Part shown: piece by piece, positions 1 to 17,030 of the stretch
Layout of the letters: every line of letters starts with the position of its first letter
Numbering within the stretch: the first letter of the stretch is position 1
The notes under the pieces: model-generated
The model's input: only the letters and a program-made list of their open reading frames with translations
What the model was told of the DNA's origin: nothing
The model's database searches: none
NCBI GenBank assembly: GCA_020536535.1
Contig: JAHLWZ010000222.1
Location: forward strand, 200,828 to 264,827
Length of the DNA: 64,000 nucleotides
From: Pelomyxa schiedti
Lineage: Eukaryota; Protista; Evosea
Reading direction: 5' to 3'
Program-made: the position numbers and the translations under genes

Positions 1-3887
<3,887 letters not shown>

Positions 3888-4114
3888 GAACTTCGTGTTT
3901 GATGGGCGATTGTAAATTTCATCTTTAAAACAATGTTAAATGGGTTTTCTCTTCACAAGTTCTGTGGTTCCACAGTGTGGCGGGTGGCTGGAACTCCATC
4001 TGTCAGAAGTGAGACTTTGAGAGTTCTCCAATTGCAGAGCTTTGGCCGAAAAGGAAAGGCAAGGATCAGTTTGGCTCTCTTTTGTTTGACTGTTTTTGAA
4101 ATCCCGAGATTGTG

Positions 4115-5540
4115 TTAGGGCAGTTGCAAGTTGGACTTATCGAGTGTGAGGAAATAGGGGTGTTTAAGGGCCACTCGGGCAGAAATTCGCCGCTCCGGCT
4201 GGTAGACAAGCATTGACTGAAGGGAGGTTAGTATACCAAACTTGTGTTGAGAGGTTCTACCTCCAGAAGGTTAACTGCCGCAGGTTCGGCATTTGGAAAG
4301 ACAGAAGAAAATGCAAGAGGTGGCCAAACAGGGAAGGAAACCTTGAAATCTGGAAGGTGACTTACACCAGGCCACACACGCTCATTTGGGGTGCCAAGTA
4401 GCCTTGGATAAATTAGTGTTGTGAGTGAACCGGCATTACCTAAAAATCTGAAAGAGTTGATCAATCTCGGAGTCACCAGGGAATAGTGGTTGCTTCACAA
4501 GTAGTTCAGCAAATATCACACCTGTAGAGGGTGAGGTGAAAGTTTATTCTTCCCACCCAACCTGTGGACCAGATGTCAACACTTGTACCGTAGTTTTGAC
4601 TTCCCAGCAGAATTTCCGGTGCTCTGCGTGCTGTTACAATTCAAGACTTACAGAATTGGAGCACACCTGTACCATAGAGTAATAACCTAAGAAGAAAGTT
4701 AAGAGACAATAAGGTAAGAAATGACATTTATACCTCATGTGTGTAAGCACGAAGAGGAATCCCAAATGCTCTGTACAGACTAAGGTTGGAAAATCACATG
4801 GCAATGTACCGCGCCAATCCAAAGTCTGCAAGTTTCAAGTTTCCAGCTCGGTCTATGAGTAAATTCTGTGGTTTCAGATCTCTGAAAAATCAGTTTATTA
4901 GGACTACTACTAAAGTCTACCTGTGAATGATTCGGTGGGAGTGACAGTAGTCAAGGCCGAGTAGAATTTGAAAAAGATAACTCTTCAATATGTTCAAAAA
5001 AAAAAAAGAAAAGGGAACAGGTACCTTAACTAGAGAGCCAGACACGACTTTTGAAGTGGATTCCATGTATTTTTTCAAGTCCTGGTCCAAGAACTCAAAC
5101 ACCAGATACAGCTTATTATTGCCACTTACCACATCACGCAAACTGTAAGTGCAGGGTGATTAAAAGAAGTGACTGGAAACATTGAAGGCATACGTAACAA
5201 TGTTGGGATGTCTGAGATCTCTCAAAAGTGCTATCTCTCGAATGGCAGTACTTGGAACACCTTCTTCATCTGCAGGATCCATTCTGATTTTCTTCATAGC
5301 TACGAACTCTCCTGTTTGCCTGTCTATTGCCTGCACATTTTTTGTTTAGTTAGGGGATTTTCAGAGTCATTTGCGCCAACAGTAGCACACAACCTTGAAT
5401 ACTATACCGTACGTTCCTTCCCCAAGTTTTTCCTCCTTTTGGTACCTCGTCATTGACTCCTCTCCATATTCGTGTGTTGTTGTATCCTCAGAAGTGAACG
5501 TTGTTTCGGCGGAGTTACGAGACGCATGTGACGTGGACAT
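4115..5540 (-). CDS. CDK1: Cyclin-dependent kinase, PSTAIRE type (cdc2/CDK1-2)
   Basis: Exons give [51 protein letters not shown]|[12 protein letters not shown]|VITLWYR|APEILLG. Stop TAA at 4115-4117. An upstream in-frame ATG at 5540 adds 29 aa. Confidence 0.95.
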
Positions 5541-5789
5541 CTCTGCACGAGATCAGGCTTCTCCCCAAACCAGGATGTGGTTGTCACACAGAGACGAAAT
5601 GGTCGCTTGTATGCGCTAGATGACTTTTTTTTCTTTTTTTTAATCTTTTGAATGTATTCCCATGGCTGCTCGTGGCATGTGAGCAGGGGAATTGATGCGC
5701 CATCTTGATCGGGCCTCCACCGTTACTTGAAAGCTTCTTCCGAGATCTTGAATTTTGCAAACTGCAAGAGATCTCTTTTTACGTACGCA

Positions 5790-7271
5790 ATGTCGTCATC
5801 AAAGAGACCAATGGGTGGTGACGCGGTCAGTACAACACAGAGTGAACGTGAATTGGAGTGGTTGTCAGAGTGCGCGTTGGCGTTTTCTCGACCCGAGAGA
5901 TCGCGTTGGAGTGCTGGGGAAATCACAAAGGTACCAGGCGAGGAGCGTTGTGCTTTGCAAAGGAGCAATTTTGATTTGGCCACTTTGGGTTGATGAGGAT
6001 TTTCGAATTCAATTCTCGAAGTCGGCAGTAAATCGAACGTCACGTTAACAGGTCGCCCTGTGCTGCGCCTTTGTGCTACCTGTAAGAGCTATTTTGCTTC
6101 TAGTTCTGCTGTTTGTATCTTGTGCAGTTGTCAAGATTGTCTCGTGGGCATCAAATTCCAGAAGGACTGTTGCCTGGTGCATGCGAGTATTCTCCTTGCT
6201 CTTCCTATGGTTATTTGGCTTCATGAATGTAAAGACCACCACGGCCAAGTCCAAGGTGTGCCTGTTGCACACAATACCCTCTCCTCCAACCACAAAATAA
6301 TTGCCACAGGTACCTAAAGAGGATGAATCCTCAGACTCAAGAGTGTTTGTGTGCAATCATTTGAGCTGGGTAGACGTTCTATTGCTTTGGGCAACTGCAG
6401 ATGTAACACCGGGATTTGTTGCTGAGGTATCTTGCACTAAGTAATTCCTACAAAACCCACTGATCACAGGCTCGCATCCGCAGATTGCCTGTGTTTGGTA
6501 CACTTGGAGATGTGATGGATTGTGTGTGGGTGGACCGTCATTGTAGTGCTCCTTCTGGAATGGCAGGCATGCTAACACAGCGTGTCAACAAACCAGGCAT
6601 GCTGCTGTTAATCCCCCCTCTTTGTGTTTGCTTTATTTATTTTTTTAACCAATCCTCTCAGATACACCCCCTTTGGTAAGAACAAATTAAATATGCATTG
6701 GCCCATTCATTCTTACTCTTTTGAGGTAGTGTTTCCTGAAGGAACATCAACCAATGGAAGATGTTTATGTATGTTCTCCTTAAATTGTTGAACCATTAAA
6801 TTACCACGAATGTAGTGGCGTTTAAGACGGGAGTTTTTGTAAGTGCCCTACCGGTCAAGCCCGTTCTCATTAGGTGTGTTCTGGTCCTCCGTTTTAATAT
6901 GCACTCATCTGGACTTAATGGGGCAGATATCCCTTTTCACACTACAGCCCCTGTTGGTGTACAACACCTGTCTGGCTCCATGTCTTGTGCCTTCTCACTC
7001 AGCCTGTAAATCACGTCGAGGTAAACGTACAACACATTAACCATTGCTCTAACATTTATTCAGGTGGAATACCTTTCAACATACATTCCATGTGAGGCCG
7101 AGAAGCAAGACCCAGCGCTGTTTGCCACAAACGTGCAACGTCTAATGGCTACTGCACTCAATGTGCCCATTGTCCATAAGACGTTCCAAGATAAAGTGAG
7201 GCACACTAAAGCTTCTAGTTCCTGTGTTGCTAATAGCCTTTCAGGAGAAGTATCAATCCTATCATCAGTGA
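5790..7271 (+). CDS. Lysophospholipid acyltransferase (LPCAT/LPEAT, PlsC family)
   Basis: HxxxxD motif CNHLSWVD (~6354), FPEGTSTN (~6735), AFKTGVFVSALPVKPV, an N-terminal hydrophobic segment and a C-terminal EYLSTYIPCEAEKQDPALFATNVQRLMATAL. Confidence 0.88.
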
Positions 7272-7395
7272 GAGGTAAAATTCAAAAGAACAACGCGGTT
7301 TTTTTCTTTTTTTCTTTTTCCCTCGTTTGACGATCGGATCTCTGAATCTTATCGGAATAAATCGCCCACTTTTCGGCGGTCAAAGAAAGGACAAA

Positions 7396-8670
7396 ATGTC
7401 GAACGGGGGAGTCGCCGTAGCGACACAAGGCGGCCACCAGGCAGCACAGCTAGAGAAGCACATAGCCACGATCGACGACATCCTCACCGCGTGCCTGCTC
7501 CACGTCTCCTCGGCGTGCGCCTCGTGCGGGGTGCGCACGCCCGCGCCGCTGCAGGACGCGATCGGCTCGGCGCTCGCCAACGTGGACACGGCGGTGCCCC
7601 CGGGGTCGCCGCCGGCCTGCAACACGACGCCGATCACGCGGGCCAAGATGGTGCTGCAGCGGGCGCGCCAGTTCGCCGACGCGATGCAGGAGCTGCCGCA
7701 GGCGTCGCCGTCGTTCGGCGCCGCGGCGGCGCGCGCCAAGCCCCAGCGGCGGCTGGACGAGGTCGCGGCGCTGGAGCAGGAGGCGGCCAGGCTGGACGCG
7801 ACGATCGCCGAGACCAAGGCCAAGTGCCTGGAGCTGCACCGGACGCTGGCCGATACGCACGCGAGGCTCGGCGAGCAGTCGGGCGCGGGGGGCTCGGCGC
7901 CGCCCGGGGGCCTCGTGGCGTCGGGGGGCCCGGGGCTCGCCGTGGGGCTGCACGCCCGCTCCGAGTGCTCGCCGTCCCCGACGAGGAACCTCGAGGGGGG
8001 CGTGAGGACCAGCACGCCGCCCAACTCTCTGCCTCCTGTGACGAAGGCCAGGTCCTTGTCTTCTCCAAGTCTTCCTAAAGAGGGGCTGATAAAAGAAGGC
8101 GTCGTGGAAGAGCAACCTGCCGTATGGTTTCATCAATCTCTGTCTATTTTTTTTTTCTTTTTAACACCACTGTTGCTAAAATTCCAACTTCTTTGCTATA
8201 TAATTATATTAGGCACAAGTTTAAACATGGCCACTTACTATTCACCCAGACAGAGACCGTGGAGCCAACTCCAATCTCTCAGCAACAAGATATCGCGCGA
8301 GATCCCACACCTGACGCTGTTGACGTTGACACTGTTGCAACTGATACACAACAGGAGCATACACTGGCATTGATCCACACTGCTGCCATGGTAATACAAC
8401 TGATTAGTGTATTGAGAGTGGTGTTCTGACCATTTTTCCTTCCCGCAGTTGCTTGAAGAAATCATGGAAGATGGGCGCAAGATCAAGATCCTTGATGTAA
8501 TGCAGCACATTGACGATGATCTGGTACTCTCCTCTCGTTACTACTCGATGATGTTTTGACAGTTGATAGCAGCAGAAGAGCCACAAGACACCGGCATTTA
8601 TGAAAATATTCGATTCTTGAGAGAAGTAGCCAGCAACACCACTGGCGTCGGGAATTCCTGTTTCTTTTAG
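7396..8670 (+). CDS. Helical/coiled-coil protein with N-terminal Med21-like region (4 exons inferred)
   Basis: GC-rich exon 1 (MSNGGVAV...) joins three further exons in frame through GT-AG sites (donor at 8051). The helix pattern resembles Mediator Med21 only by eye. Confidence 0.5.
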
Positions 8671-9031
8671 AATTAACATAGAATAGTTTTTACTTCTTCC
8701 CTTTTAAATGAAATGAATGGTATCCTCCTTGCCATTTCAGTCAACCATCACTTCTTGGAAGACGAAACATCCAAAAAAAACAAAAGAATCGGTATTAAAA
8801 TTAACAGGCGCCGAGATGCAACGGGGTATTGATCGCGACCATTATTCGTTGACGTAAACAACCACTTATTCCGGTGCCCTTCCAGCACTTAATAGCAGAA
8901 AGAAACTCCTCAAACTCAATGTCACGTGTGCTCCAGCGCCGGCAGCTAATTCTGCGCCTAAATCAACCACAACCAATGCCACAACGGACCAACGACCACC
9001 ACCCAAAAAAGCGATCAAAAAACCTGCCAAA

Positions 9032-9612
9032 ATGAATGCGCCTTCTGCATCCAGCACCACACCGACAACAACTTCAAGTGGAAGTGCGAGTGCCATACCA
9101 CCAAAACCAGTGAACAAGAGAAAAGAAAGACAAAAGGAAAAAAGGAAGAACGCCAAAATGGCGGCGGCCAAGGTCAACGCACCCGCACTTGCAGCGGTCT
9201 CAAAGGCTGCGGACACAAAGTCGGCTGAGGAGGAGATTTTTGCGATATTCTCTGCTGGGAAGCAGGAGAAGAAGAGACTGGAGGAAGAAAAAAAAGTTCA
9301 GGAGGAGCAAGAACAAGAGGAGAAAAGGAAAAAGCAAAGGGCCACGAGGCGAAGTTCTGCCGGACCAAGAACTACCTTCGATGATCTCAATGAGGGAGAA
9401 TCGACGAGAAAAGTTACATCTGATGGAATGAAGATATACACACCGGAAGAACTTGGACTTGGAAAAGGAGGAGGTACGAATCGCGTATTAATATTGGTAC
9501 TATAGAAATGTGGGTGGCAGTGGAGATCATGTGTACAACATATTTGTATTTATTTACACTCTTTGAATTAGATACCCCGCTATGCCCCTTTGATTGCGAT
9601 TGCTGCTTCTGA
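9032..9612 (+). CDS. DUF1764-family protein
   Basis: K/E-rich body, then GMKIYTPEELGLGKGG|DTPLCPFDCDCCF* across one intron. This C-terminus is diagnostic for DUF1764. Confidence 0.88.
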
Positions 9613-9697
9613 TGAGAACCAAAATCTGATTTTGTCTTTAAAAAAAAAATTACACATAGCATGCCTACCAATACCTTTTTATGACTCCTTTATGAGT

Positions 9698-11257
9698 TCA
9701 GTGAGAATGTTTGTTGAAGAAGTCCAGTATTTGCGTAGCTCTCACAGGGTCTGTTATTTGCACATGTAATTGAGCAGCCACATTTTCCTTCACCCACTTT
9801 TTTGGGAAGCCATGAGCATCACCCTTTACTCTTTTTGTAAATGGGGGTCCTATCTGCAAGACCAGGCATTGTTGTATTTGTTCATCAAGTGCCACGTAAC
9901 TAACCATGTTATCAGTTGAAACAGTAAAACCCAAGTAGTGAACTCACAAGGTCAGGAAATCCATCGAGAGTGGCTGCTCACAAACCAGAAGGAACACTGA
10001 AATGTTGTGAGTGTAAATGTAACAAACCACGGTTGTTCTGAAAAAAACGGGAGCTGATAAATACACACAGTCTTGGTCCTTTGATTTTGCATTTAGAAAA
10101 TTGCTGAATGCAGCATCAGCATGCTTTGTGAAAGCGGCAATACCCTCACTGTGGTGGTGATAAACAAAGACATGGGTGAATTCCTGCTTTTCCCGCAGGC
10201 CGTCAAAAGCATCAGCATATGTCTGGAACAATTCTGGGTCATTGCACTCAAGTAGATACCAGCCTCCACGTTGTATCTGTACATGTGATAGAGACTGTGG
10301 CAGTCCCTGTGTTTGCGAAGCATCAGTGTGGAGTTCTTCTGGGGGTGAGGATGTAGTGCCTGAACAAGTCGTTGTTGTAGTTGCTGTTGTAGTGGATATA
10401 GGTGTGGTGTTGGTGGTTGAACTCTGAGTGAAAATTGATGTGGGTGGTGAGCTGCCAGTTACAAGGTCGTCATTGCCTACAATAATAGGAGCTTCCTGAG
10501 ATAAATACTTTGGCTTGGCCGACTGTGGAGGTGGAGCAGGGCGCATACAGCGGCTCTGTACTGCAACTGACATCGACAGTGCTTGCGTTTGTGGTTGTGG
10601 TTGTGACTGTGTTTGCGGCTGTGGTTGTGGTTGTGACATTGATAGCTGTGCCTGTGGTTGTTGTTGCGGTTGTTGTTGCGGTTGTGATTGTGATATAGAT
10701 TGTGACTGTGGCTGCGAGTGCATTTCAGTGAAGGGGAGGGAAAGGGACTGAGCGTGGGCGTGGGAATAGGGGGAAGACAAACAAGCAGGAGGGGAAGTAG
10801 AAGCGGCGGAGGGGGAGTTGGAAGGAGAAGGGGGCTTGGGCGTGGCCGGCGGCGTGGGGGTGAACAGGTGGGAGGACGCCGTCGTGACCTGCTCGCACGA
10901 CACGTAGCGGTGGTGCCGCCGGGCGTCGGGCCCCACGCTGGGGCACGGGCACGACGCGCCCCCGACGCTCGCCAGCTCCCCGCACACCAGCACCGACACC
11001 ACCCTGCTGTCCTGCCCCGGCTCCGGCTGCTGCTGCTGGTTCTGCTGGTGCGCCCCCGTGTCGCCCCCGCTGCTGGTTGCGGTGGCGGCTGTGGGTTTGA
11101 CGGCGGCGGCGGCTCCGGGGAGTCCCAGGGGGCGGGTGGCGCGGGGAGCGGGGGCCGGGGCGGGCTTTGGGGCGCTGGCCAGGGCGAGGGTCTGCGGCTG
11201 GGGCTGGGGCTGGGGCATGCCTTGGATCACAGGGAGCTCGTTGGTGCGCGACGTCAT
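9698..11257 (-). CDS. Hypothetical protein: P/Q/S/T-rich N-terminus, unrecognised globular C-terminus
   Basis: 437-aa ORF from ATG 11257 plus a probable 3' exon at 9698-9934. GC-rich 5' patch as in neighbouring genes. No family motif recognised. Confidence 0.6.
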
Positions 11258-11395
11258 CGGTAGCCAAGCGCCGTTTGTGAAACTTTGCCAAACGAAGGGT
11301 CAAAGTGATGAAATTAGCCGGCATCATTTTGTTTTTTTTCGTTGGTTTTTTGCGAAGGAAGTGGTTGGTAAAGTTAGACGCGTTTAGGATCTCCA

Positions 11396-13744
11396 CTACA
11401 TAGAGAGCCATGCAATCAGAGGCAGTCGTTCCTTGCCGGCGAGATGGTTGTTGATCCACGCTGAAACCGGCATTTCAGCAGGTACAACCTTGGTCCCTGC
11501 TATCTGAAGAAGCCATAGGGTTGTCTCCAGAGCGCCCTGCTGTGCGGCGCGTTGTATCAGATGGTTAATAGGTTTATCACCAGAGAATGGCGGTTCAGTG
11601 GACCGGGTCAGCAGCCAGTTCTTGAGCTGAAAGTGACTCACAACCCACTGCGCGGCTTCTAGCCTGTCATCCATGATGACCAGGGTTTCAAGAATCTTTA
11701 ATACAGCTGATTTAGATTTCGCTTCCTGTGAGGCATCAATGGCGGGTAGATCTCCGTATATCTGGATAAAGGCCTGAAGGCCGGAGAGGGAACGGGTGCT
11801 GTAGTCTGAAATTAGGTACCAAAAAAGTTCCGGTTGTGGTGGTAAGGACAAGGATTGAGCACCGAAGGTGGATAGCACCCATATTGCTCCCTCTGTACAA
11901 CTCCTTGAGAGGCAGACTCTTACAATACTTCGTACTTCTTCCGGGCTGAATGATGGTGTTCCAAATTTCTTGGCGGCCCACTTCCATGTGGGAAGAGTGT
12001 CGGATGAAAGGTGGATCTTCAGGTTACGAGAGTTGATAATAATAACTCCTCCACGTGAAGCTAGATACTTTGCTGCTTTTAGATTCCCTTGGTTGATACA
12101 GTCTGTGAGTAACTGTGAGATATTCTGAGTGAAGGAGGGAGATGTTGGAGCAAGAAGATTATCAATGGCCCACTCGATGTCTTCTGCACTCATAGCAAAG
12201 CAGCTATTAAAAAGTTCCGTGGCGTGTTCCGAGCCTTTTTCTGGAACTCTAAACTGCATGTTGATCCATCTAACGATGTTGCCGTTGCCTGATTTACATG
12301 CCTCCAGTTGGATACTTTGTAGAATATCTTTGTCTGTAACAGAAAACCTATTTATGAGCCATTGCAAAGATGGGAGGTTTCCGATTGCGGCACAGCATTT
12401 TAGATTTGCTAGAGTAACAACACTATCATGGCGGAGCGAAAGTATCAGTTCAATTATTTCAGTATTTCCTGTGTGACTTGCTCTGAGAAGGGAGTCCTGC
12501 AGAGCCCAATGAGAAAAGCCTTCTGCACAAACATCGATGACGTATCGGACAACTTGAACGTTTCCGGAAGAACAAGCCGCTAGAAGTGCTTTATTGTTGA
12601 CGAAAACTTCGTTAAGTGAGCTAGTCAAAAGTGCACGGACTACACCCAGGTTTCCACTTGCACAAGCACCAACTACTGCATAAATGATATTTTGCTGTAA
12701 TAGGTGCGGCAATGGATGTTCATGTAGATATGATTGCACAAACTCTGGGTTGTTATGCATTGCTACTAATTGCAGTTCTTCTGGTTCAAGATAAGGCACA
12801 TGGAAAAGAGAAGAAACCCAGCTTACCAGCTGATCATTTGAACTTGTTAGGCTGGCTCTGTTTAATCGCCCTCTTAGAGATGGTGTTGGCATACCAACAC
12901 AGCCTGCGTTTGCCGCAAGCCACTTACACAAATATAGGTAGCCCCCTTCACAGGCGCCTATTAGGGCATCCCAGTCGCAGCAAGACAGGTCATCTCCAGT
13001 TAGTTTGAATGCTGCAGCAAGCCACTTTGCCGTAGGCAAATGTCCTCCTGCACAGCACCACCTTAGGCAGGCACACATTCCACTGCGAGCATTATCAATC
13101 GACAATGCAAAGGAAACCTTGGCCCACATGGCAAACAAAAGGTGTCCACCTTGGCAGCACAGTTGCAGTACGCGATCTTTCAATAATTTGGAGCAGACCA
13201 CACCCCAATTATAGTGGGAATCAGGGACCACAGCAGTAGGAGCCAGCAGGAAGGGAACGTGATTGGTACTAGTACATAATTGTAGGGACCTGACTATCCA
13301 TCGTGCCAGTCTGAGAGACCCACAACTGGATGCCACACACAAAACAGCACATGGATCCTGAAGAACCTCCACCAGGTACTGACCGCACTTTGCTGTAAGT
13401 TCTGGCCATACTTCAGCTATAATACACAGTGCACGGTAATACTGGAACTCTGATGATTCTTTCCATTTCCTATCGAAACAAGCATTGAAAAAGACAACAC
13501 CTCATGTAGTTACTTTCTCGATAAGAGCATGAAACCCAGAAAAAAAAAAAATCCCATAGAGACCAACAGCTCACTTGAGTTTAGCAAAAAGTCGCCGGTG
13601 TATATCGGAGTTGTGAGCTATGAACCGCCAAAAGACACAGTCCTCAGCGTCAGGGTCCAACTGAAAATACTTGGGCGTCACAACTCCCCACACCACTTGC
13701 TCAATTACGCCACTTGCACAACAACTCCGGCTAACACTTGCCAT
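11396..13744 (-). CDS. Divergent ankyrin-like repeat protein
   Basis: 658-aa open exon with repeated units (LRWCCAGGHLPTAKWL, ALLAACSSGNVQVVRYV, LLRASHTGNTEIIELI). The frame stays open to ~13500 and a probable first exon starts at ATG 13744. Confidence 0.8.
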
Positions 13745-13869
13745 GGTTTTTGGAGAAAGAGCAAAGGAGGTCGAAGAATGGAAACAAAGTTTGTTTTTTT
13801 TCTTGTTTGGATGCGTTTTTAGAATCTAGAGCTCCCAAATAATGATACCTCTTGTGTCGGTTTACTTGC

Positions 13870-16800
13870 TTACATACCCTGTGTAAAAAGTGAGCAAGAA
13901 CGGTTAGAGCAGTGATTAGATAGGTATTACCTTCTTGTCAGTAGAGGGTTTGTAGCGGTCCCAGTTTGAGTCCTTCTGGTTAGCCATTTGTGGGTTGGGG
14001 TCTCGGGATGACCTTCTCTTTGGTGGAGACCGTGACCTTGAATTGGAACGTGACCTTGACCTTGAACTTGCAGTCGCAGTGGCAGTGGCAGTTGTACTTG
14101 TACCCATTGACCACCCTGACACATTCGGCTGAACTGAGTGCAGGGAAGGCTGCTGTTGCTGCTGCTGTTGCGGCATAGGCGGGTATGCTTTGTTTGTTGG
14201 TTCCGAGGGCTGATATGACCTCCTTGGGGACCTTGACCTAGAACGGGCTGGTGAAGGGCTGCGAGCACTTGTCGATGGGGGTGGTGCGTTTACTGGTGCA
14301 CCTGGAGGGCCAGCACTCCACCCAGAAGTTCTAGGCTGTTGCTCTGGTGGGCCCCTTTTGTCAAACTGGCTCCTGTGTTCGTACTGTGATCTCTCCTCGC
14401 CTCCGCGGTCTTTGTGTTCATGCTGTCGATCTCTTGGCCTGTCATAGTCTCTGTCTTTGTTTCTATCTCTATCCCTTTCACTCCGATCGCGGTCTCTATC
14501 ACTCCTATCGTGGTCCCTATCTCTATTCCTGTCCCTATCTCGATCTCTATCCCTATCACGATCGCGGTCGCGGTCGCGGTCATGATCACGATCCCTGTCT
14601 CGGTCCCTGTCTCTATCGCGGTCATAATCTCCACCCTCAGCTTCATCCTTAGAAAGAATAAGGGAAGACATGTGAACGTTTCTCATACCGCTCCCCAGGA
14701 TGGCCGGCCCCTGCCCCTTCCACGTCCAAATCCAAATCCTCTTCCTCTTCCTCTGCCATCATCATTCCATCCTGAAATGAAATAAGAAAAACCATTGTTC
14801 AGGAAAAGAGGAAATACCACCACGCCCAGCACCATCACCTGGAAATTGGGGAGGTCCGCCTCGCCCTATTGACAAGTTAGCAGTCAGGTCAAAAATTGGC
14901 ACCTACCTCTCCCTCTTCCACCGGTGTTGGCCCTGTCTATTGTAACTTGCTTCCCCATCACATTGGTACCATTCAGTTCCACTAATCAAAAAATAAGTAA
15001 GGAATTAAAGAATTGTCTTTTACATGCAGCTGTTGCCTCTTCTTCAGAAAAGAATTCCAAGAAGCCACATCTCTTAAATTCACTGAGCTAATTTAGTGTC
15101 CAAAAGTTTCGATACAAATTAGTGTACCCAGTAACTTTGTCTTTATGCCAGCGTATATCCTTTACCTTACCCACTTTGGCAAATAACTGATGAATTGCGT
15201 TATCTTCAATGTTCTCAGGAACGTTTCCAATGAAAAGTGTTGTCCCACTCTGCTCTTGTGCTAAACGTTGGCGATGGAATTTAATGAGACGATGAAAATG
15301 ACAACAAAAATTGAGAAAGTGCAATCAAGGGCATAAAGGGAACGGGACAATTTGAGAAGAGGGAGAGAGTCTGTGTTTGCAAACCAATTATGCGATGTGT
15401 GTTCAGGATATCATTCCTTGGTGTGTGTGAGAGTGATCGTGTAGGAAATTGTAGACAGGGAAAGTATAAAACCTCGATTAGGTCCTCTGGGTCCGCTTCT
15501 ATCATCCATCTGCCTGGGAGGTCCCATGAAGCCACCGCCAGAAGAACCACCAAAGCCACCCTGAGAACCAGAACCACCAAAACCACCAGAAGAAAAGCCA
15601 CCCCGCCCACCTGGCTTTGTATGGCTATACTGAACTTTAATGTTGCGGCCAAAGAGAGTGGAGCCATTCATAGAAACAGCATTACTGGCGCCTTTGGGAT
15701 CCATAAATTCGATGAATGCAAAGCTAACCAGTGTTAGGGTGCTTTCTGACTTTCACTGTTTCGGTACCCTTTAAAATCCCCAGTTGCCTTATCAGTTTGC
15801 CAGCTGATGTGCTTCACAGGTCCACAATCAGTAGAAAAAGTTTCTCGGACAGTCTCCTCATCCATTTTGAAGGGAAGGTTGCCAACATAAACTGTTGTTG
15901 TTGACTCCACTCCTGGGGTCTATTAATAGATGGTCAGTTACTGCATTAAACCCTCTTCCATTAACGGGTATTACCTGTTGCATGTTAGGAGCTCCTTGGT
16001 CAAAAGGCATCTAAAGGGTGATTAGGTATAATGACGTTGGTAGGAGGGAGATACCTGTGGAAAAGCTCCAGGTGGATATCCCTGTGGTGGGTACTGTGGA
16101 TATTGTTGAAATTGTGCTGGGTATTGATAAAAGGGGGGGCCAGAGGGGTTTCCTGGAACTGGGTTTGGCCTTTGGGACGGCATTCCTTCAGGTCCTGCAG
16201 TCGCCTGTGGTTGGGTACCGGATGCAGGCTCTGCACTTGGTGGTGGTACTTGTGCGTTTGTTGGAGCGCCTTGCGGTACGTTGTCTGTTGGTTGAGCAGG
16301 TTTAGACTGTGCCCCTTGCATTTGTTGCATTTGGTATTGTTGAACGCGCGTTTGCCAATCCCAGTATGCGTACCACTCGGCGTTGATCTCTTCCTTAGGA
16401 AAAAGTTAGAATGAGAGTTGTGTGCAAAGGGGGGGGGAAAAACACATAGAACTACTTGAGTTTTTTGGGGCTGAGCGCCTCCTTCAGGGGCCTGCTTCTG
16501 AGAGGGATCCGTGGTATGTGATGGTTGTGATTGTGGGGCAGAGTCCGGCGAAGTCTGCTGCTGTTGATTCGATTGGGGCTGTCCTTGTTGTGTTTGCGCC
16601 TGTGGCATTTGTTGTTGTGACTGGCCTTGCTGGGTAGACTGAGGTTGCCCTGGCTGTGATGGCGCCTGTTGCTGCTGGCCCGTTTGGGACGAGTTTTGCA
16701 TCATCTGCAACTGCGCCATTCTCTGTTGCTCGTAGTAAGCAGCCCACTGCGCTTGAATTACCTCCTGAGGTGATTTCGCGCCAGGGTCGGCGGGGGCGGC

Positions 16801-17030
16801 GCCGCCTCCGCGGCCCTGAGGCGCCGATGGCGAGGCGGCGCTTACGGCGGAGCCAGGAGATTGTTGATGCTGCGACGGCGGTGGTTTGGGCGCGTCGGCA
16901 GGCTAACGGGCGAGTGTGGCTTAAGTTAGTAATTTTCGAAAAACCAAAGTGCGCGGGAAAACTTTTTCATGTCTGTAGTCGCGCTCGGGACTCGAGTCGG
17001 GCGAAGCAGGATCATCTATACAAAGCAACA
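13870..17030 (-). CDS. RNA-binding protein: Q/P-rich N-terminus, two RRMs, RGG/RD/RS low-complexity C-terminus (5' end uncertain)
   Basis: RNP2-like TVYVGNLP and TLFIGNVP, G-rich linker, long DRDRDR tract (~14500-14640), SRSRSRS tracts and a 9-nt terminal exon GGTATGTAA at 13870-13878. Confidence 0.8.

Noticed and set aside
5723-6043. 106-aa minus-strand ORF
   Set aside because: It is antisense to the first exon and intron of the acyltransferase gene and has no recognisable motif.
7380-8136. Multiple long overlapping ORFs on both strands here and in other GC patches (10700-11460, 19400-19850, 52240-53770)
   Set aside because: Stop codons are scarce in GC-rich sequence, and the translations are Arg/Ala/Gly-rich shadows of the real frame.
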